The position numbers were made by a program, and so were the translations under genes. DNA of 64,000 nt from Polaromonas sp. (GTDB taxonomy: Bacteria > Pseudomonadota > Gammaproteobacteria > Burkholderiales > Burkholderiaceae_C). Location: the NCBI GenBank assembly GCA_013824015.1, contig PNNC01000058.1, positions 5,341 through 69,340 on the forward strand, written 5' to 3'. Within the stretch, counting starts at the first letter, position 1. Every line of letters starts with the position of its first letter. A model generated the notes under the pieces. That model saw only the letters and a program-made list of their open reading frames with translations. It made no database searches and had not been told where the DNA came from. Below, one piece after another: positions 1 through 10,089 of the stretch.

Positions 1-990
1 GCCCGTCTCGGCGCCGAGGTGATCGAAGGTTGCCGCGTCAAGGGCGTTGAATTTGCGCGCGACGGCAGCGGCGCCACGGTGCGGGCGCAGAACGACGATG
101 GCAGCAGTGCCGGCTGGCGCGCGCGTTTTGTGGTCGACGCCTCCGGGCGCGACACCGTGCTGGGCAAGCAGTTCGACATCAAGCACCGCAATCCCAAACA
201 CAACAGCTCGGCGCTGTATGGGCATTTCACCGGCGCCACGCGGCACCCCGGGCAGGCCGAGGGCAACATCACGATTTTCTGGTTTGACCACGGCTGGTTC
301 TGGTTCATTCCGCTGGCCGACGGCTGCACCAGCGTCGGTGCGGTGGTCTGGCCGTATTACCTGAAAAGCCGGACAAAGCCGGTCCGGGAGTTTTTCCTCG
401 ACACGATTGCCATGTGCCCGGCACTTTCTGAACGGCTGGCCGGCGCCACGCTGTCGTCGGACGTGGAAGCCACCGGCAATTTTTCCTATGCCTGCGAGCG
501 CACGCATGGCCCTGGCTACGTGATGATTGGCGACGCCTTCACCTTCATCGACCCGGTGTTTTCATCGGGCGTGATGCTGGCCATGCAGGGTGGCTTTGTC
601 GGCGCCGAGACGGTGGACACCTGCCTGCGCGAGCCCGCAAAAGCGGCCGCGGCGCTGGCGCATTTCGACCGCCAGGTGCGCAAGGGGCCGAAGGAGTTTT
701 CGTGGTTCATCTACCGCGTGACCAACCCGACCATGCGCGACCTGTTCATGGCGCCGCGAAATGACTGGCGCGTCAAGGAAGCGCTGCTGTCCATGCTGGC
801 CGGCGACATTTTTGGCAAGACGCCGATCTGGCGTTCGCTGCGGGTGCTCAAGGGTATCTTCTACATCTCGTCGGCCCTGAATTTCAAACGCTCCTGGCAG
901 GCGATGCGCCGGCGCAAGGCCAATATCCGTGTGGTTGATGCGATGGACCCGGCCGAGACCGCTGTCCACGGTGCGCCACTGACACATTGA
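1..990 (+). CDS. FAD-dependent oxidoreductase/halogenase family protein (5' truncated), aryl polyene cluster
   Basis: Frame open from base 1; VVDASGR, WFWFIPL (WxWxIP halogenase motif), IGDAFTFIDPVFSSGV. Confidence 0.85.
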   Translation, partial: ARLGAEVIEGCRVKGVEFARDGSGATVRAQNDDGSSAGWRARFVVDASGRDTVLGKQFDIKHRNPKHNSSALYGHFTGATRHPGQAEGNITIFWFDHGWFWFIPLADGCTSVGAVVWPYYLKSRTKPVREFFLDTIAMCPALSERLAGATLSSDVEATGNFSYACERTHGPGYVMIGDAFTFIDPVFSSGVMLAMQGGFVGAETVDTCLREPAKAAAALAHFDRQVRKGPKEFSWFIYRVTNPTMRDLFMAPRNDWRVKEALLSMLAGDIFGKTPIWRSLRVLKGIFYISSALNFKRSWQAMRRRKANIRVVDAMDPAETAVHGAPLTH

Positions 991-993
991 GTC

Positions 994-1809
994 ATGGACT
1001 ACAAGCCGCACGCCTTGCTCGAGGAACCCCTGAAGATTCACGTCAGGCCCACGCACCTGCACGAGAGCCTTCGCATGTACCTGGGTTACCTGGTGCTCGG
1101 CCTGATCTGCCTGAGCGTGACGCTGCTGGCGTTTCCGATGCGCGGGCTGTTGCCGCGCGCGCTCAGCAAACGCCTGGGCCGCCGGCTGGTGACCCACACC
1201 ACGCGCGCCTACCTGCATTTCCTGACCCGGATGGGCGCCTGCCGCTTTGACCTGTCGGCGCTGGACGTGCTCAGGGACGGCCCCGCCATGGTGATCGCCC
1301 CCAACCATCCCTGCCTGCTCGATGCCGTGATGATCCTGTCGCGCCTGCCGGGCGCTGCCTGCATCATGAAGGCGGAACTGGTCAACAGCGTCTTCTTCGG
1401 CGCCGGTGCGCGGCTGGCCGGGTATATCCGCAACACACCGCTGCGCACCATGGTGCAACTGGGGGTGGACGATCTGACCCATGGCAGTCACCTGCTGCTG
1501 TTTCCCGAGGGCACACGCACCACACGCTTCCCGGTGGGGGCGATGCAGGGCACCACCGGCCTGATTGCCAAAAAGGCCGGTGTGCCGGTGCAGACGGTGT
1601 TTATCGAAACCGATTCGGGCTTTCTCGGCAAGGGCTGGTCGCTGCTGTGGACACCGAGGATGCCGATCACCTACCGCGTGCGTTTGGGCAAACGCTTCGA
1701 TCCACCGCGTGACACGGCACAATTCGTCTGCGAACTTGAACACTACTTCCAGTCCGAGCTGGCGCATGCGCAGGTGCCGGATTTTCCTGTCAAGGCGCCG
1801 CCGGCCTGA
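994..1809 (+). CDS. Lysophospholipid (PlsC-type) acyltransferase
   Basis: NHPCLLD (NHxxxxD) and FPEGTRT motifs; N-terminal TM segment. Confidence 0.9.
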   Translation: MDYKPHALLEEPLKIHVRPTHLHESLRMYLGYLVLGLICLSVTLLAFPMRGLLPRALSKRLGRRLVTHTTRAYLHFLTRMGACRFDLSALDVLRDGPAMVIAPNHPCLLDAVMILSRLPGAACIMKAELVNSVFFGAGARLAGYIRNTPLRTMVQLGVDDLTHGSHLLLFPEGTRTTRFPVGAMQGTTGLIAKKAGVPVQTVFIETDSGFLGKGWSLLWTPRMPITYRVRLGKRFDPPRDTAQFVCELEHYFQSELAHAQVPDFPVKAPPA

Positions 1810-1843
1810 GCCGCAGCTTCCTGACGTCCACCGTTCCTCGTTG

Positions 1844-2638
1844 ATGCCGATGACTGTCTCTTTACCCAGCACCCCGTCCCGCAGCGCCTCGCCTTCCCAC
1901 CTCGTCCTGATCCCCAGCTACAACCCCGGCCCCAAGGTCTACGACACCGTGCGCTCGGCGCGCGCGCAATGGACGCCGGTGTGGGTGGTGGTGGACGGCA
2001 GCACCGACGACAGTGCCGCCGGCCTGCAGGCCATGGCCGCGCAGGACCCGGGTTTGCATGTGATCGTGCTGCCGCACAACGTGGGCAAGGGCGCTGCCGT
2101 GCTGCACGGCATCGACCAGGCTGCGGCCCAGGGCTTCACCCATGTGCTGACGATGGACTCGGACGGCCAGCATCCGGCGCCGCTGATTCCGGAGTTCATG
2201 GCGCTGTCCGCCGCGCAGCCGGCTGTGATGGTGCTGGGGGTGCCGGTATTTGCCGCAGACGCGCCGCGCCTGCGCGTCAATGGCCGCAAGGTGTCCAACG
2301 GCTGGGCCAACCTGGAAACCCTGTGGGCGGGCATTGGCGATTCGCTGTTCGGTTTCCGGGTGTATCCGATAGCGCCGCTGCGGCGCGTGATGCACGGTCA
2401 GCGCTGGATGCGCCGCTTCGATTTTGACCCCGAGGCGGTGGTGCGCATGTGCTGGCTCGGCGTCAAGCCCGTCAACGTGCCCGCCACCGTCAGGTACTTC
2501 CGCCCCGACGAGGGCGGCGTGTCGCACTTCAACTATTTGCGCGACAACCTGCTGCTGAGCTGGATGCACTCACGGCTGTTCCTGGGTTTTCTCGTGCGCC
2601 TGCCGCTGCTGCTGTGGCGGCGCATCACCGCCGCATAA
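1844..2638 (+). CDS. Glycosyltransferase family 2
   Basis: LIPSYN, VVDGSTD, HNVGKGAA, MDSDGQH; start re-picked at ATG 1844 (1850 possible). Confidence 0.88.
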   Translation: MPMTVSLPSTPSRSASPSHLVLIPSYNPGPKVYDTVRSARAQWTPVWVVVDGSTDDSAAGLQAMAAQDPGLHVIVLPHNVGKGAAVLHGIDQAAAQGFTHVLTMDSDGQHPAPLIPEFMALSAAQPAVMVLGVPVFAADAPRLRVNGRKVSNGWANLETLWAGIGDSLFGFRVYPIAPLRRVMHGQRWMRRFDFDPEAVVRMCWLGVKPVNVPATVRYFRPDEGGVSHFNYLRDNLLLSWMHSRLFLGFLVRLPLLLWRRITAA

Positions 2639-2640
2639 CG

Positions 2641-2701
2641 GCCCGCGGCCCCCAGGGGGCATGTCAGAACGAGCGTGACATCAGCGAGCGGACGTGGGGG
2701 C
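2641..2701 (+). repeat. Family-2 GC-rich intergenic repeat (variant copy)
   Basis: gcccccaggggGCA...gagcggacgtgggggc resembles the copies at 16503 and 19700; lies between convergent genes. Confidence 0.6.
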
Positions 2702-2702
2702 T

Positions 2703-3434
2703 TTAAATCATCCCGCCATTGATCGAGATGATCTGGCCGCTGATGTAAGCGGCCTGTTCCGATGCGAGAAAACCCACCAGGTCGGCCACTTCTTCGGCCT
2801 TGCCCGCGCGTTTCATCGGCACCATCTGGTTGATCAGCTCGGCGCTGAAGCTGCCCTCGGTCATGGCGGTATTGATGATGCCGGGCGCCACCGCATTGAC
2901 GGTGATGCCCCGGCTGGCCACTTCCAGCGCCAGTGATTTGGTGGCGGCATGCAGGGCGCCCTTGGCGGCCGAATAATTGACCTGGCCGCGGTTGCCGGCC
3001 ACGGCGGCAACCGAGGTGATGGTGATGATGCGGCCCCAGCGCGTGCGGATCATCGGCATGGTCAGCGGCTGCGTCACATGGAAGAAGCCATTGAGCGACA
3101 CATCAAGAACACGCTGCCACTGCGCCAGCTGCATGCCGGGAAAGACGGCGTCGTCGTGAATGCCGGCATTGTTGACCAGCACCTGGATGGGGCCATGCTC
3201 CAGCAAGGCCTCGAGTGCGGCCGCCGTGGCCGCCGCATCGGTCACATCGAAGGCCACGGCCTGGGCCTGGCCGCCCCCGGCGGTGATGTCCGCCGCCACC
3301 GCCTGCGCCTTCTCGAGGTTGCCGTTGGCGTGGACGATGACGCTGTAGCCGTCCGCGGCCAGGCGCCGGCAGATGGCTGAGCCGATGCCGCCGCTGCCGC
3401 CGGTGACAAGTGCGCGTCTGGATGAGGTGGTCAT
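2703..3434 (-). CDS. fabG: 3-oxoacyl-ACP reductase (aryl polyene cluster)
   Basis: TGGSGGIG, NNAG, YSAAK SDR motifs. Confidence 0.9.
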   Translation of the reverse strand: MTTSSRRALVTGGSGGIGSAICRRLAADGYSVIVHANGNLEKAQAVAADITAGGGQAQAVAFDVTDAAATAAALEALLEHGPIQVLVNNAGIHDDAVFPGMQLAQWQRVLDVSLNGFFHVTQPLTMPMIRTRWGRIITITSVAAVAGNRGQVNYSAAKGALHAATKSLALEVASRGITVNAVAPGIINTAMTEGSFSAELINQMVPMKRAGKAEEVADLVGFLASEQAAYISGQIISINGGMI

Positions 3435-3458
3435 GGGTGTTCTCCTGGGGGCAAGGGG

Positions 3459-3953
3459 TCAGGCGGGCGTGCGGGCTGGCAAGGCGAGCGCGGAGGCGTC
3501 AAGCACCACCACCGCCCGCCCGCTGAGCAGCGCTGTGTCGCCCGCGGTCAAGGAAAAGCTGTACAGCACGGTGTGCTGGTCACCGGTGATGCGTTCGGCG
3601 CTGATCAGCAGCGGCGCGGCAAGGGTGTCCAGCCGGTCCACATGCAGGGTCACGCTGCGAATGCTGGCCAGGTAGCCGGCACGCGGGGCCGTGCCGGCAG
3701 CGCCGTCACCGGCCAGGCGCTCGCCCACCAGTGCGCCGTGTACAGCCATGGCCTGCGCCGCATATTCGACGCCGCAGGCCGCGCCCAGCCGGCCGTGCGC
3801 GCGCAGCGGGTTGTCCGCGGCGCGATGGCTGGTGGCCTGGCACTGGATCTGCGTGTCGTCCCAGGCGATGACTTCGTCCAGCAGGCACATGTCGCCCTGG
3901 TGCGGGATGCGGCGGGCAATCTCGTCATGCCCGAGGGTGCGCGGCAGGGTCAT
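3459..3953 (-). CDS. Hotdog-fold 3-hydroxyacyl-ACP dehydratase
   Basis: IPHQGDMCLLD, VEYAAQAMAVHG; start re-picked at ATG 3953 overlapping the upstream stop. Confidence 0.82.
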   Translation of the reverse strand: MTLPRTLGHDEIARRIPHQGDMCLLDEVIAWDDTQIQCQATSHRAADNPLRAHGRLGAACGVEYAAQAMAVHGALVGERLAGDGAAGTAPRAGYLASIRSVTLHVDRLDTLAAPLLISAERITGDQHTVLYSFSLTAGDTALLSGRAVVVLDASALALPARTPA

Positions 3954-4786
3954 GGCTGCGACACGTCCAGCGCCAGGTGCATGTCGTCGAGATAGTCCAG
4001 CGCCACGGTGGCCGTCTGCTGCCGGGCGATGCATTGCAGCAGGGGCAGGGCGCGCGCAGCCGGTATGGTCTGGCGCAGGAACTCCAGGCCGGGATCGCTC
4101 AGGGTGTCCACCGGCGCGCGGCTCAGGCAGTCGGCCCCCGACAGCGTGATGCGGGCCAGGCTGCGTTCGCTGCGCTGCGGGCTCAGGACCAGCGCGACAC
4201 CGAGGGTGTCGGGCACGGGCCGCTTGCTGTTCAGCGGTTCGGGGTAGTGGGTGTCATAGGCCACCAGCAGCACCGGGGTGTTGTCCACGGCGGCCTGGGT
4301 GACCGCTTCCAGCAGTCCTGCAGAAAAGCTTCCGTCGTGGGCGCACAGCACCGACGAGGTCGGCGTGGCGCCGGTGGAAATGCTCCAGTAGCCCGAGGCG
4401 GCGTTGTGCACCGAGTTGTGAAACCGGGTTGGCGAGATCAGCCGGTCGCTGGAAGCCAGCGTCGAGCAGATGTCATGGCAGTTCACGCCGTCGCCACCGG
4501 ACGAGGTGAAGACCGACGGCAGGTCGGCGGCGCGCAGCCCGGCAGCGTTGACGGCCTCGTGGCCGACCGCCAGCGACACCTTGATGACGGCGCCGGCCCG
4601 GCGGCGCTCGGCCGCCGGCAGCGACATCGGTGGCGGCAACACGGTGGGTGCCGACACATAGGGCGACTGGCCCCGCAGTTTGTCCCGGACGTCGTCCCAG
4701 CTGGACAGGCCGGGGCCGACCAGGCCGATGCCTTCGACAAACACGGTGAGACCGGGTGGCGTGGTGGCGGGGATGGGTGTGCTCAT
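3950..4786 (-). CDS. Beta-ketoacyl synthase chain-length factor
   Basis: SPTRFHNSVHNAASGYWSI; short KS-like protein next to a full KS. Confidence 0.85.
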   Translation of the reverse strand: MSTPIPATTPPGLTVFVEGIGLVGPGLSSWDDVRDKLRGQSPYVSAPTVLPPPMSLPAAERRRAGAVIKVSLAVGHEAVNAAGLRAADLPSVFTSSGGDGVNCHDICSTLASSDRLISPTRFHNSVHNAASGYWSISTGATPTSSVLCAHDGSFSAGLLEAVTQAAVDNTPVLLVAYDTHYPEPLNSKRPVPDTLGVALVLSPQRSERSLARITLSGADCLSRAPVDTLSDPGLEFLRQTIPAARALPLLQCIARQQTATVALDYLDDMHLALDVSQP

Positions 4787-4795
4787 GTCCGTTCC

Positions 4796-6025
4796 TCAGG
4801 CCGCACGGCCGAAAACAAGGCTGCAGTTGGTGCCGCCAAAACCAAAGGAGTTGCTCAGCACATGCTGCAGCGCCTGCTCGCGGTTGTGCAGCAGGTAGTC
4901 CACCGGCAGATTGGGATCCGGGTTTTGCGTATTCACACCGCCCGGCATGAAGCCCTGCTGCAGGGCCAGTGCGCTGATGACGGCCTCCAGGCCACCGGCT
5001 GCGCCCAGGGTGTGGCCGGTGGCGCCCTTGGTGGAGCTGCCGGGCAGCGCGTAGTCGCCGAAGACCGAGGCCACGGCCTTGCCCTCGACGGCGTCATTCG
5101 ACGGCGTGGCCGTGCCGTGCAGGTTGATGTAGTCGATCTGGCCGGGCTGCAGTCCTGCGCTGGCCAGCGCCTGGCGCATCGCGGCGATGGCGCCCAGGCC
5201 CTCGGGGTGCGGCGCCGACATGTGGTGGGCATCGCTGGATTCGCCGATCCCGCGCAGCAGGATCGCATTCGCGTCCAGGTTGTCAGGCAGTTGCTCGAGC
5301 AGCACAAAGGCGGCGCCTTCGCCAATCGATATTCCCTTGCGCGCTGCGTCAAAGGGCTGGCAGGGCTGGCGTGACAGCAGGTCCAGCGAGTTGAAGCCGT
5401 ACAGCGTGGTCAGGCACAGCGAGTCCACGCCACCGACCACCGCCGCATCGATCAGGCCGGCGGCCATCATGCGGCGCGCCGAGGCAAACACCTTGGCGCT
5501 GGAGGAGCAGGCGGACGAAACCGTCACGGCCGGGCCTTCCAGGCCGAAGTAGTCGCGCACAAAAGCCGTCACCGAAAAGGGGTTGTGGCTGCCGGCGTAA
5601 ACCAGCGAAGCCGGCAGGGCGCCGGTGACCGGGTCCAGCGCCCGGTAGGCGAGTTCGGTCTCGAGGATGCCCGAGGTGCTGGTCCCCAGAAACACGCCGA
5701 TGCGCCGTTTGCCCAGCCGGCCGGCCGCCGCCAGCACCGCCTGCTCGAAACCGTCCTGGCGCAGCGCGAGCTGGGCCAGGCGGTTGTTGCGGCAGTCAAA
5801 GGCGCGCAGGTCGGGGCGCATCACTTCGAGGTCCACTGCGGGCACATCCCCGGTCCAGGTGGCGAGGTCGACCGAATCGAAATCGCAGGGTTTGAGGCCG
5901 CTGCGTTCTGCGCGCAGTGACGCCAGGGTGGCGTCCAGGCCGACGCCGATACAGCTGGCGGCGGTGAAATGCGACAGCCGCAATGCCTGCATGGCGGCCG
6001 GTGAAGGGAGGGAGGCGGGGTTCAT
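4796..6025 (-). CDS. Beta-ketoacyl-ACP synthase (aryl polyene KS)
   Basis: SSACSSS catalytic Cys, HGTAT, KGATGHTLGAAG, NSFGFGG; start re-picked at ATG 6025. Confidence 0.92.
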   Translation of the reverse strand: MNPASLPSPAAMQALRLSHFTAASCIGVGLDATLASLRAERSGLKPCDFDSVDLATWTGDVPAVDLEVMRPDLRAFDCRNNRLAQLALRQDGFEQAVLAAAGRLGKRRIGVFLGTSTSGILETELAYRALDPVTGALPASLVYAGSHNPFSVTAFVRDYFGLEGPAVTVSSACSSSAKVFASARRMMAAGLIDAAVVGGVDSLCLTTLYGFNSLDLLSRQPCQPFDAARKGISIGEGAAFVLLEQLPDNLDANAILLRGIGESSDAHHMSAPHPEGLGAIAAMRQALASAGLQPGQIDYINLHGTATPSNDAVEGKAVASVFGDYALPGSSTKGATGHTLGAAGGLEAVISALALQQGFMPGGVNTQNPDPNLPVDYLLHNREQALQHVLSNSFGFGGTNCSLVFGRAA

Positions 6026-6041
6026 CGGGTCCTCGGTGTGA

Positions 6042-6785
6042 TCATGAATCAGCGGGCAGGCGGGCCACCAGCAGCACATTGGCAAACGGCGTGCCTTCGC
6101 TCATGGACTGCGCCTCCACCACAAAGCCCAGCCGGGTCAGCGTGTCCTGCCAGGCCGCCAGCGGCCGGCAATACAGGGTGCCCAGACGGTGGCCACGCAA
6201 GGTGGTGACCACGTGGTCCACCCAGTTGCTGATGGCAAATCGCAGGCCGCCAGCCGCATCGCCCACGCGCAGCAACAACACACCGCCGGGCGGCAGGCTG
6301 CGGCGCACGCGCGCCAGCACCTGGTCCTGCGCGGCCAGCGGAACGTAGTGCAGCACATCCAGGATCACCACCGCATCAGCAGCGCCGAACTCGGCATGGC
6401 ACATGTCGGCCTGGACAAAACTCGCGCGGCCGGCGCTGACCGCGGGCGCCAGCGCGCTGTCGGCCCGCGCCACGTCATGGGCCATCAGTTCGATGCCGCG
6501 CACATGATCGGGCTGCGGTGCGGCAGGCCAGGTTTCAGGCCAGCGTCCAGCTTGGCCGGCTGCCTGCGCTGACAGCAGCCAGGACGTCAGCAGGCCCTGG
6601 CCGCAACCAATGTCGAGAATGCGCCGGCGTCCGCTCAGCAGCCCGGCAGACAGCAAGTGGGCAAAGACCGGATCACCACCGAGTTTGCCGCGCGCAAAAA
6701 ACCAGGCATACAAGCCAGCGGCCCGGTAGGGCGCGGCTGCTTCGCCAATCAGGCGCTGGATGAAGGAAGAATGTCTGGAGCTCAT
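6042..6785 (-). CDS. Class I SAM-dependent methyltransferase
   Basis: ILDIGCGQG motif I, ILDVLHY. Confidence 0.87.
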   Translation of the reverse strand: MSSRHSSFIQRLIGEAAAPYRAAGLYAWFFARGKLGGDPVFAHLLSAGLLSGRRRILDIGCGQGLLTSWLLSAQAAGQAGRWPETWPAAPQPDHVRGIELMAHDVARADSALAPAVSAGRASFVQADMCHAEFGAADAVVILDVLHYVPLAAQDQVLARVRRSLPPGGVLLLRVGDAAGGLRFAISNWVDHVVTTLRGHRLGTLYCRPLAAWQDTLTRLGFVVEAQSMSEGTPFANVLLVARLPADS

Positions 6786-7609
6786 GTCAGGGCTTCGCGA
6801 AGGGTAACGGGTCGCAGGCCGGCCTGCCCGATGGCCTGCAGCAGTGCGGGCAGGACTTCCAGGATCACCGGCACACCCCGGGGCGTGAGTGCCGCATGGC
6901 GGTCGTGCAGCAGCAGGATGTCGCCGGCCCGCAGCGAACGGCAGAGCTTGCGCAGCACGATGGCGGGATCACCTTCGCGCGTGTCATAAGCGCGGCGTGT
7001 CCAGCTCGCCAGCCGCAGGCCGCTGCGCTGCAGCGCCGGGTCGAGGAAAGGATTGCGCAAACCGGCGGGCGCGCGAAAAAACTGCGGCCGGTCGCCGGTG
7101 ATCGCCGTCAGCGTGGCCTGGGCCGCTTCGAGCTCGCGCCGGAACCCGGCCGGCCCGAGCAATGAAAAATTGTGCCGGTGCAGCTGGCTGTGGTTTTCGA
7201 TGCGGTGGCCGCGCCTGAGGATGTCGCGGCAAATCTCGGGATGCAGCGCAGCCTGGCGTCCCACGCAGAAAAAGGTGGCCTTGGCGCCATGCCGGTCCAG
7301 CAGATCGAGCACGGCGGGGGTGACCACCGGGTCGGGGCCGTCGTCGATGGTCAGGGCGACCTCGCCGCGCGCCGCGGCGGCAGCCGGCAACCGCGTCCAG
7401 TTGGCGCCCAGCCAGTGACTGCGCGGCAGCAGGCCGACCGTTGCCAGCAGCGCATGATTGAGCGCCAGCACCGCCAGCGCCCAGGGCCAGACCGACGGAA
7501 ACGCCAGCACCGCGACGGCGGCCGCCGCGTGGATGCCCAGCGACAGGACCACCAGGGCGGGCAGTTGCCGGCGCTGCCGCATCGGGACGGAGGTCAGCGG
7601 TGTGTTCAT
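6782..7609 (-). CDS. Polysaccharide deacetylase family protein (NodB-type), membrane anchored
   Basis: LTIDDGP, ENHSQLH, FRAPAG, ILLLHD. Confidence 0.88.
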   Translation of the reverse strand: MNTPLTSVPMRQRRQLPALVVLSLGIHAAAAVAVLAFPSVWPWALAVLALNHALLATVGLLPRSHWLGANWTRLPAAAAARGEVALTIDDGPDPVVTPAVLDLLDRHGAKATFFCVGRQAALHPEICRDILRRGHRIENHSQLHRHNFSLLGPAGFRRELEAAQATLTAITGDRPQFFRAPAGLRNPFLDPALQRSGLRLASWTRRAYDTREGDPAIVLRKLCRSLRAGDILLLHDRHAALTPRGVPVILEVLPALLQAIGQAGLRPVTLREALT

Positions 7610-10089
7610 GCAGTCCCGCCGGCTGGCGTCGCCGCTGTGGCGGCATCGGCGCGCCCGGCAAAAATCGCTGAAAACAGCAGCACCAGCACCGAGCCGGGTC
7701 CGACCGTCAGGCCGATGGCCTGGAACACCGGCACGCTCGAAATCGCCAGCACGCCGAAACCGGCCACCGTCGTGAGGTTGGCAAACAGCAGGGACGCCAG
7801 CGTGCGCGGCGTGATGCCGGAGGTTTCACTGTCCGCACGCGCGGCCGCGTCGTCGGGGGCGGGCGCCGGCGCAGCGCTGTTGAAGAACAGCGCGTAATTG
7901 GAGCCTACCGCCACCACCAGCAGCAGGCCGATCAGATGAAGAATGGTCAGCCGGTGGCCTGCCAGCGCCAGGCTGCCCAGCACCACCACGATGGCCGCTG
8001 CAGGCGGGATCAATACCCGCAGGGTCCGGCCGGGCGAGCGCAAGGCCACCAGCAACAGCGCGGCGACGGCGGCGACGCCGGCGAGTGACAGCAGGATCGC
8101 CTCGCGCAGGTAGCCGCTGTAAAGCCGGTCCGCTTCGCCCTTGAGGTCGACGAACAGGGCGTTGCCGCCGGCCGCGGTCGCAGGCGCCGCTGCCAGCGCC
8201 TGGCGAACGGCGCCGGCATCGATGATGCCGCTGGCCGGCGCGTGTAATGGCAGCAGTGCGCTCCAGCCGGCCGGCCGGGAGGGTGTGGCGCTGTACTGCA
8301 GCAGCATGCCGTCCACGGCGACCGCGAGTGTGGTGCCCTCGAGATCGGCACGTTGCAGTGGCCGGCTCTTGCGCGCGGCTTCTGCATCGGCCAGGAAAGG
8401 GGCCAGCCGGTCCGCCTGGATCGGCAATCCGGAGACGGCCTGCCGCAGGCGGGGGGCGAGTTCGGACGGCGCCGGCAGGCTCGCGAGCCGGGCCTGCTGG
8501 GTGGCCATGCTGGGCAGGAAACGCGTGGGCGTGTCGATGCCGGTGATCACCTGCTGCGTCATCAGGCCCTGCAGGGCCGCCACGGTGGCTTCCGATGCCT
8601 GGAGCACCTCCTCCTGGCTGGGGGCGCTGACCACCACCAGGTAGCGGACGTCGGGCGCACCCAGGTCGGCCCGCAATTCGGTGTCCAGCATCTGGTCAGC
8701 CATGGACACCGGGCTCAGCGCTGACAGCTCGTGGTTCCACAACTGGTCGCGATGGATGGCCAGCGGAATGCAGGCCAGCACCAGCAGCGCCAGCGCCAGC
8801 CCTTTGAGGCGCGGCGCGAACGCCACCCAGCCCTGCAGCCTGCGGCCCAGCGGTGACACATCACGCACCCGAAAGCCTGCCGGCATCAGGTGCGGCATCA
8901 CAAAACGCGTGACGGCGGCGGCGGTCAGCAGGCCGGCGATCGAATACAGACCGAGCTGCGCCAGTCCGGGAAACCCCGAGAACAGCAGCGAGGCAAAACC
9001 GGCGACCGAGGTCAGCACACCGAGACGGATGGTCGGCCAGAAGCGGCGTACCCAGTCGGTTCTGGAATGGGCCGTGCGTTCGGACTGCACGAACAGGTAA
9101 ATCGAATAGTCCACCGCCTCGCCGATCAGGGTGGTGCCGAAACCCAGCGTCAGGCCGTGCACCTCGCCGAAGCCGAGGCTGACGGCGACGATGCCGGCGA
9201 CCGTGCCGGACACAACCGGCACCATGCCGAGGGCCAGCGTGGTGAAGGACCGGTAGATGATGATCAGCAGCGTGAACATCAGCGCCATGCTGATGACCGA
9301 GGTGCGGGTGACTTCGCGCTTGATGGTGTCGCGGGCCTGCACCGCAAACACGCCCGGGCCGGAGACCACCAGTTTCATGGCCGCTGCGGCCGCGCCGGGA
9401 CGGGCCTGCTGCGCCTGCGCAAAGGCAGCGCGCACGGCCTGGATGGCGTCTTCCTGCGCGTCGGTGTCGGAACCCGGTGCGACGGTTTGCGCCAGCAGCA
9501 GCGCGCGCTGGCCGTCGCGCGAGGCCCAGACGCCGCCGGCGCTGTTGGGCCGGTTGGCGCCGCTGCTGCCATCACCCGCGAATTCCTCGAGCAGCAGCGG
9601 AATCTCGCCGGTCGGGTCGCGTGGCAACAGCGCCTTGGTCAGCAGGCCGGCGGGTGAGGCCAGCAGGTCCAGCGTTTCGGCGATGGCCGACTGCAGTCCG
9701 GCGGCGGTGAAACGCTCCGGTGTCACCGCCGGGCTCAACAGGTAGCGGTGTTCAAACAGAAAGGCCTGGTCGCGCTGCGCGCCGCCGGACTCGCCGTTGC
9801 TGATGGTGGTGAAACGTTTGTCGGCGCGCAGTTGGGTGGCCATGGCGCCGGAGACGGCAGCGCGGGCCGGCAGGTCGCCGCCCTCGATGCCGACCAGGAT
9901 CAGGCGCGAGACCAGGCCGTCGCGCAGCTGGTCCACCAGCAGTTGTTGTTCGGGCGTGGGCGAGCGCGGCAGGAAGGCCGACATGTCGGCGGTGAACTGG
10001 GTGCGCGCAACCAGCACGCCGCACAGCAGCAGGGCCGCCAGCCAGATCCACACCGGCAGCAGTTGCCGCCGGAAAAAACCTCGCATCAT
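7606..10089 (-). CDS. MMPL/RND-family exporter of aryl polyene cluster
   Basis: 827 aa, two TM bundles separated by large loops, GEAVDYSIY. Confidence 0.85.
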   Translation of the reverse strand: MMRGFFRRQLLPVWIWLAALLLCGVLVARTQFTADMSAFLPRSPTPEQQLLVDQLRDGLVSRLILVGIEGGDLPARAAVSGAMATQLRADKRFTTISNGESGGAQRDQAFLFEHRYLLSPAVTPERFTAAGLQSAIAETLDLLASPAGLLTKALLPRDPTGEIPLLLEEFAGDGSSGANRPNSAGGVWASRDGQRALLLAQTVAPGSDTDAQEDAIQAVRAAFAQAQQARPGAAAAAMKLVVSGPGVFAVQARDTIKREVTRTSVISMALMFTLLIIIYRSFTTLALGMVPVVSGTVAGIVAVSLGFGEVHGLTLGFGTTLIGEAVDYSIYLFVQSERTAHSRTDWVRRFWPTIRLGVLTSVAGFASLLFSGFPGLAQLGLYSIAGLLTAAAVTRFVMPHLMPAGFRVRDVSPLGRRLQGWVAFAPRLKGLALALLVLACIPLAIHRDQLWNHELSALSPVSMADQMLDTELRADLGAPDVRYLVVVSAPSQEEVLQASEATVAALQGLMTQQVITGIDTPTRFLPSMATQQARLASLPAPSELAPRLRQAVSGLPIQADRLAPFLADAEAARKSRPLQRADLEGTTLAVAVDGMLLQYSATPSRPAGWSALLPLHAPASGIIDAGAVRQALAAAPATAAGGNALFVDLKGEADRLYSGYLREAILLSLAGVAAVAALLLVALRSPGRTLRVLIPPAAAIVVVLGSLALAGHRLTILHLIGLLLVVAVGSNYALFFNSAAPAPAPDDAAARADSETSGITPRTLASLLFANLTTVAGFGVLAISSVPVFQAIGLTVGPGSVLVLLFSAIFAGRADAATAATPAGGTA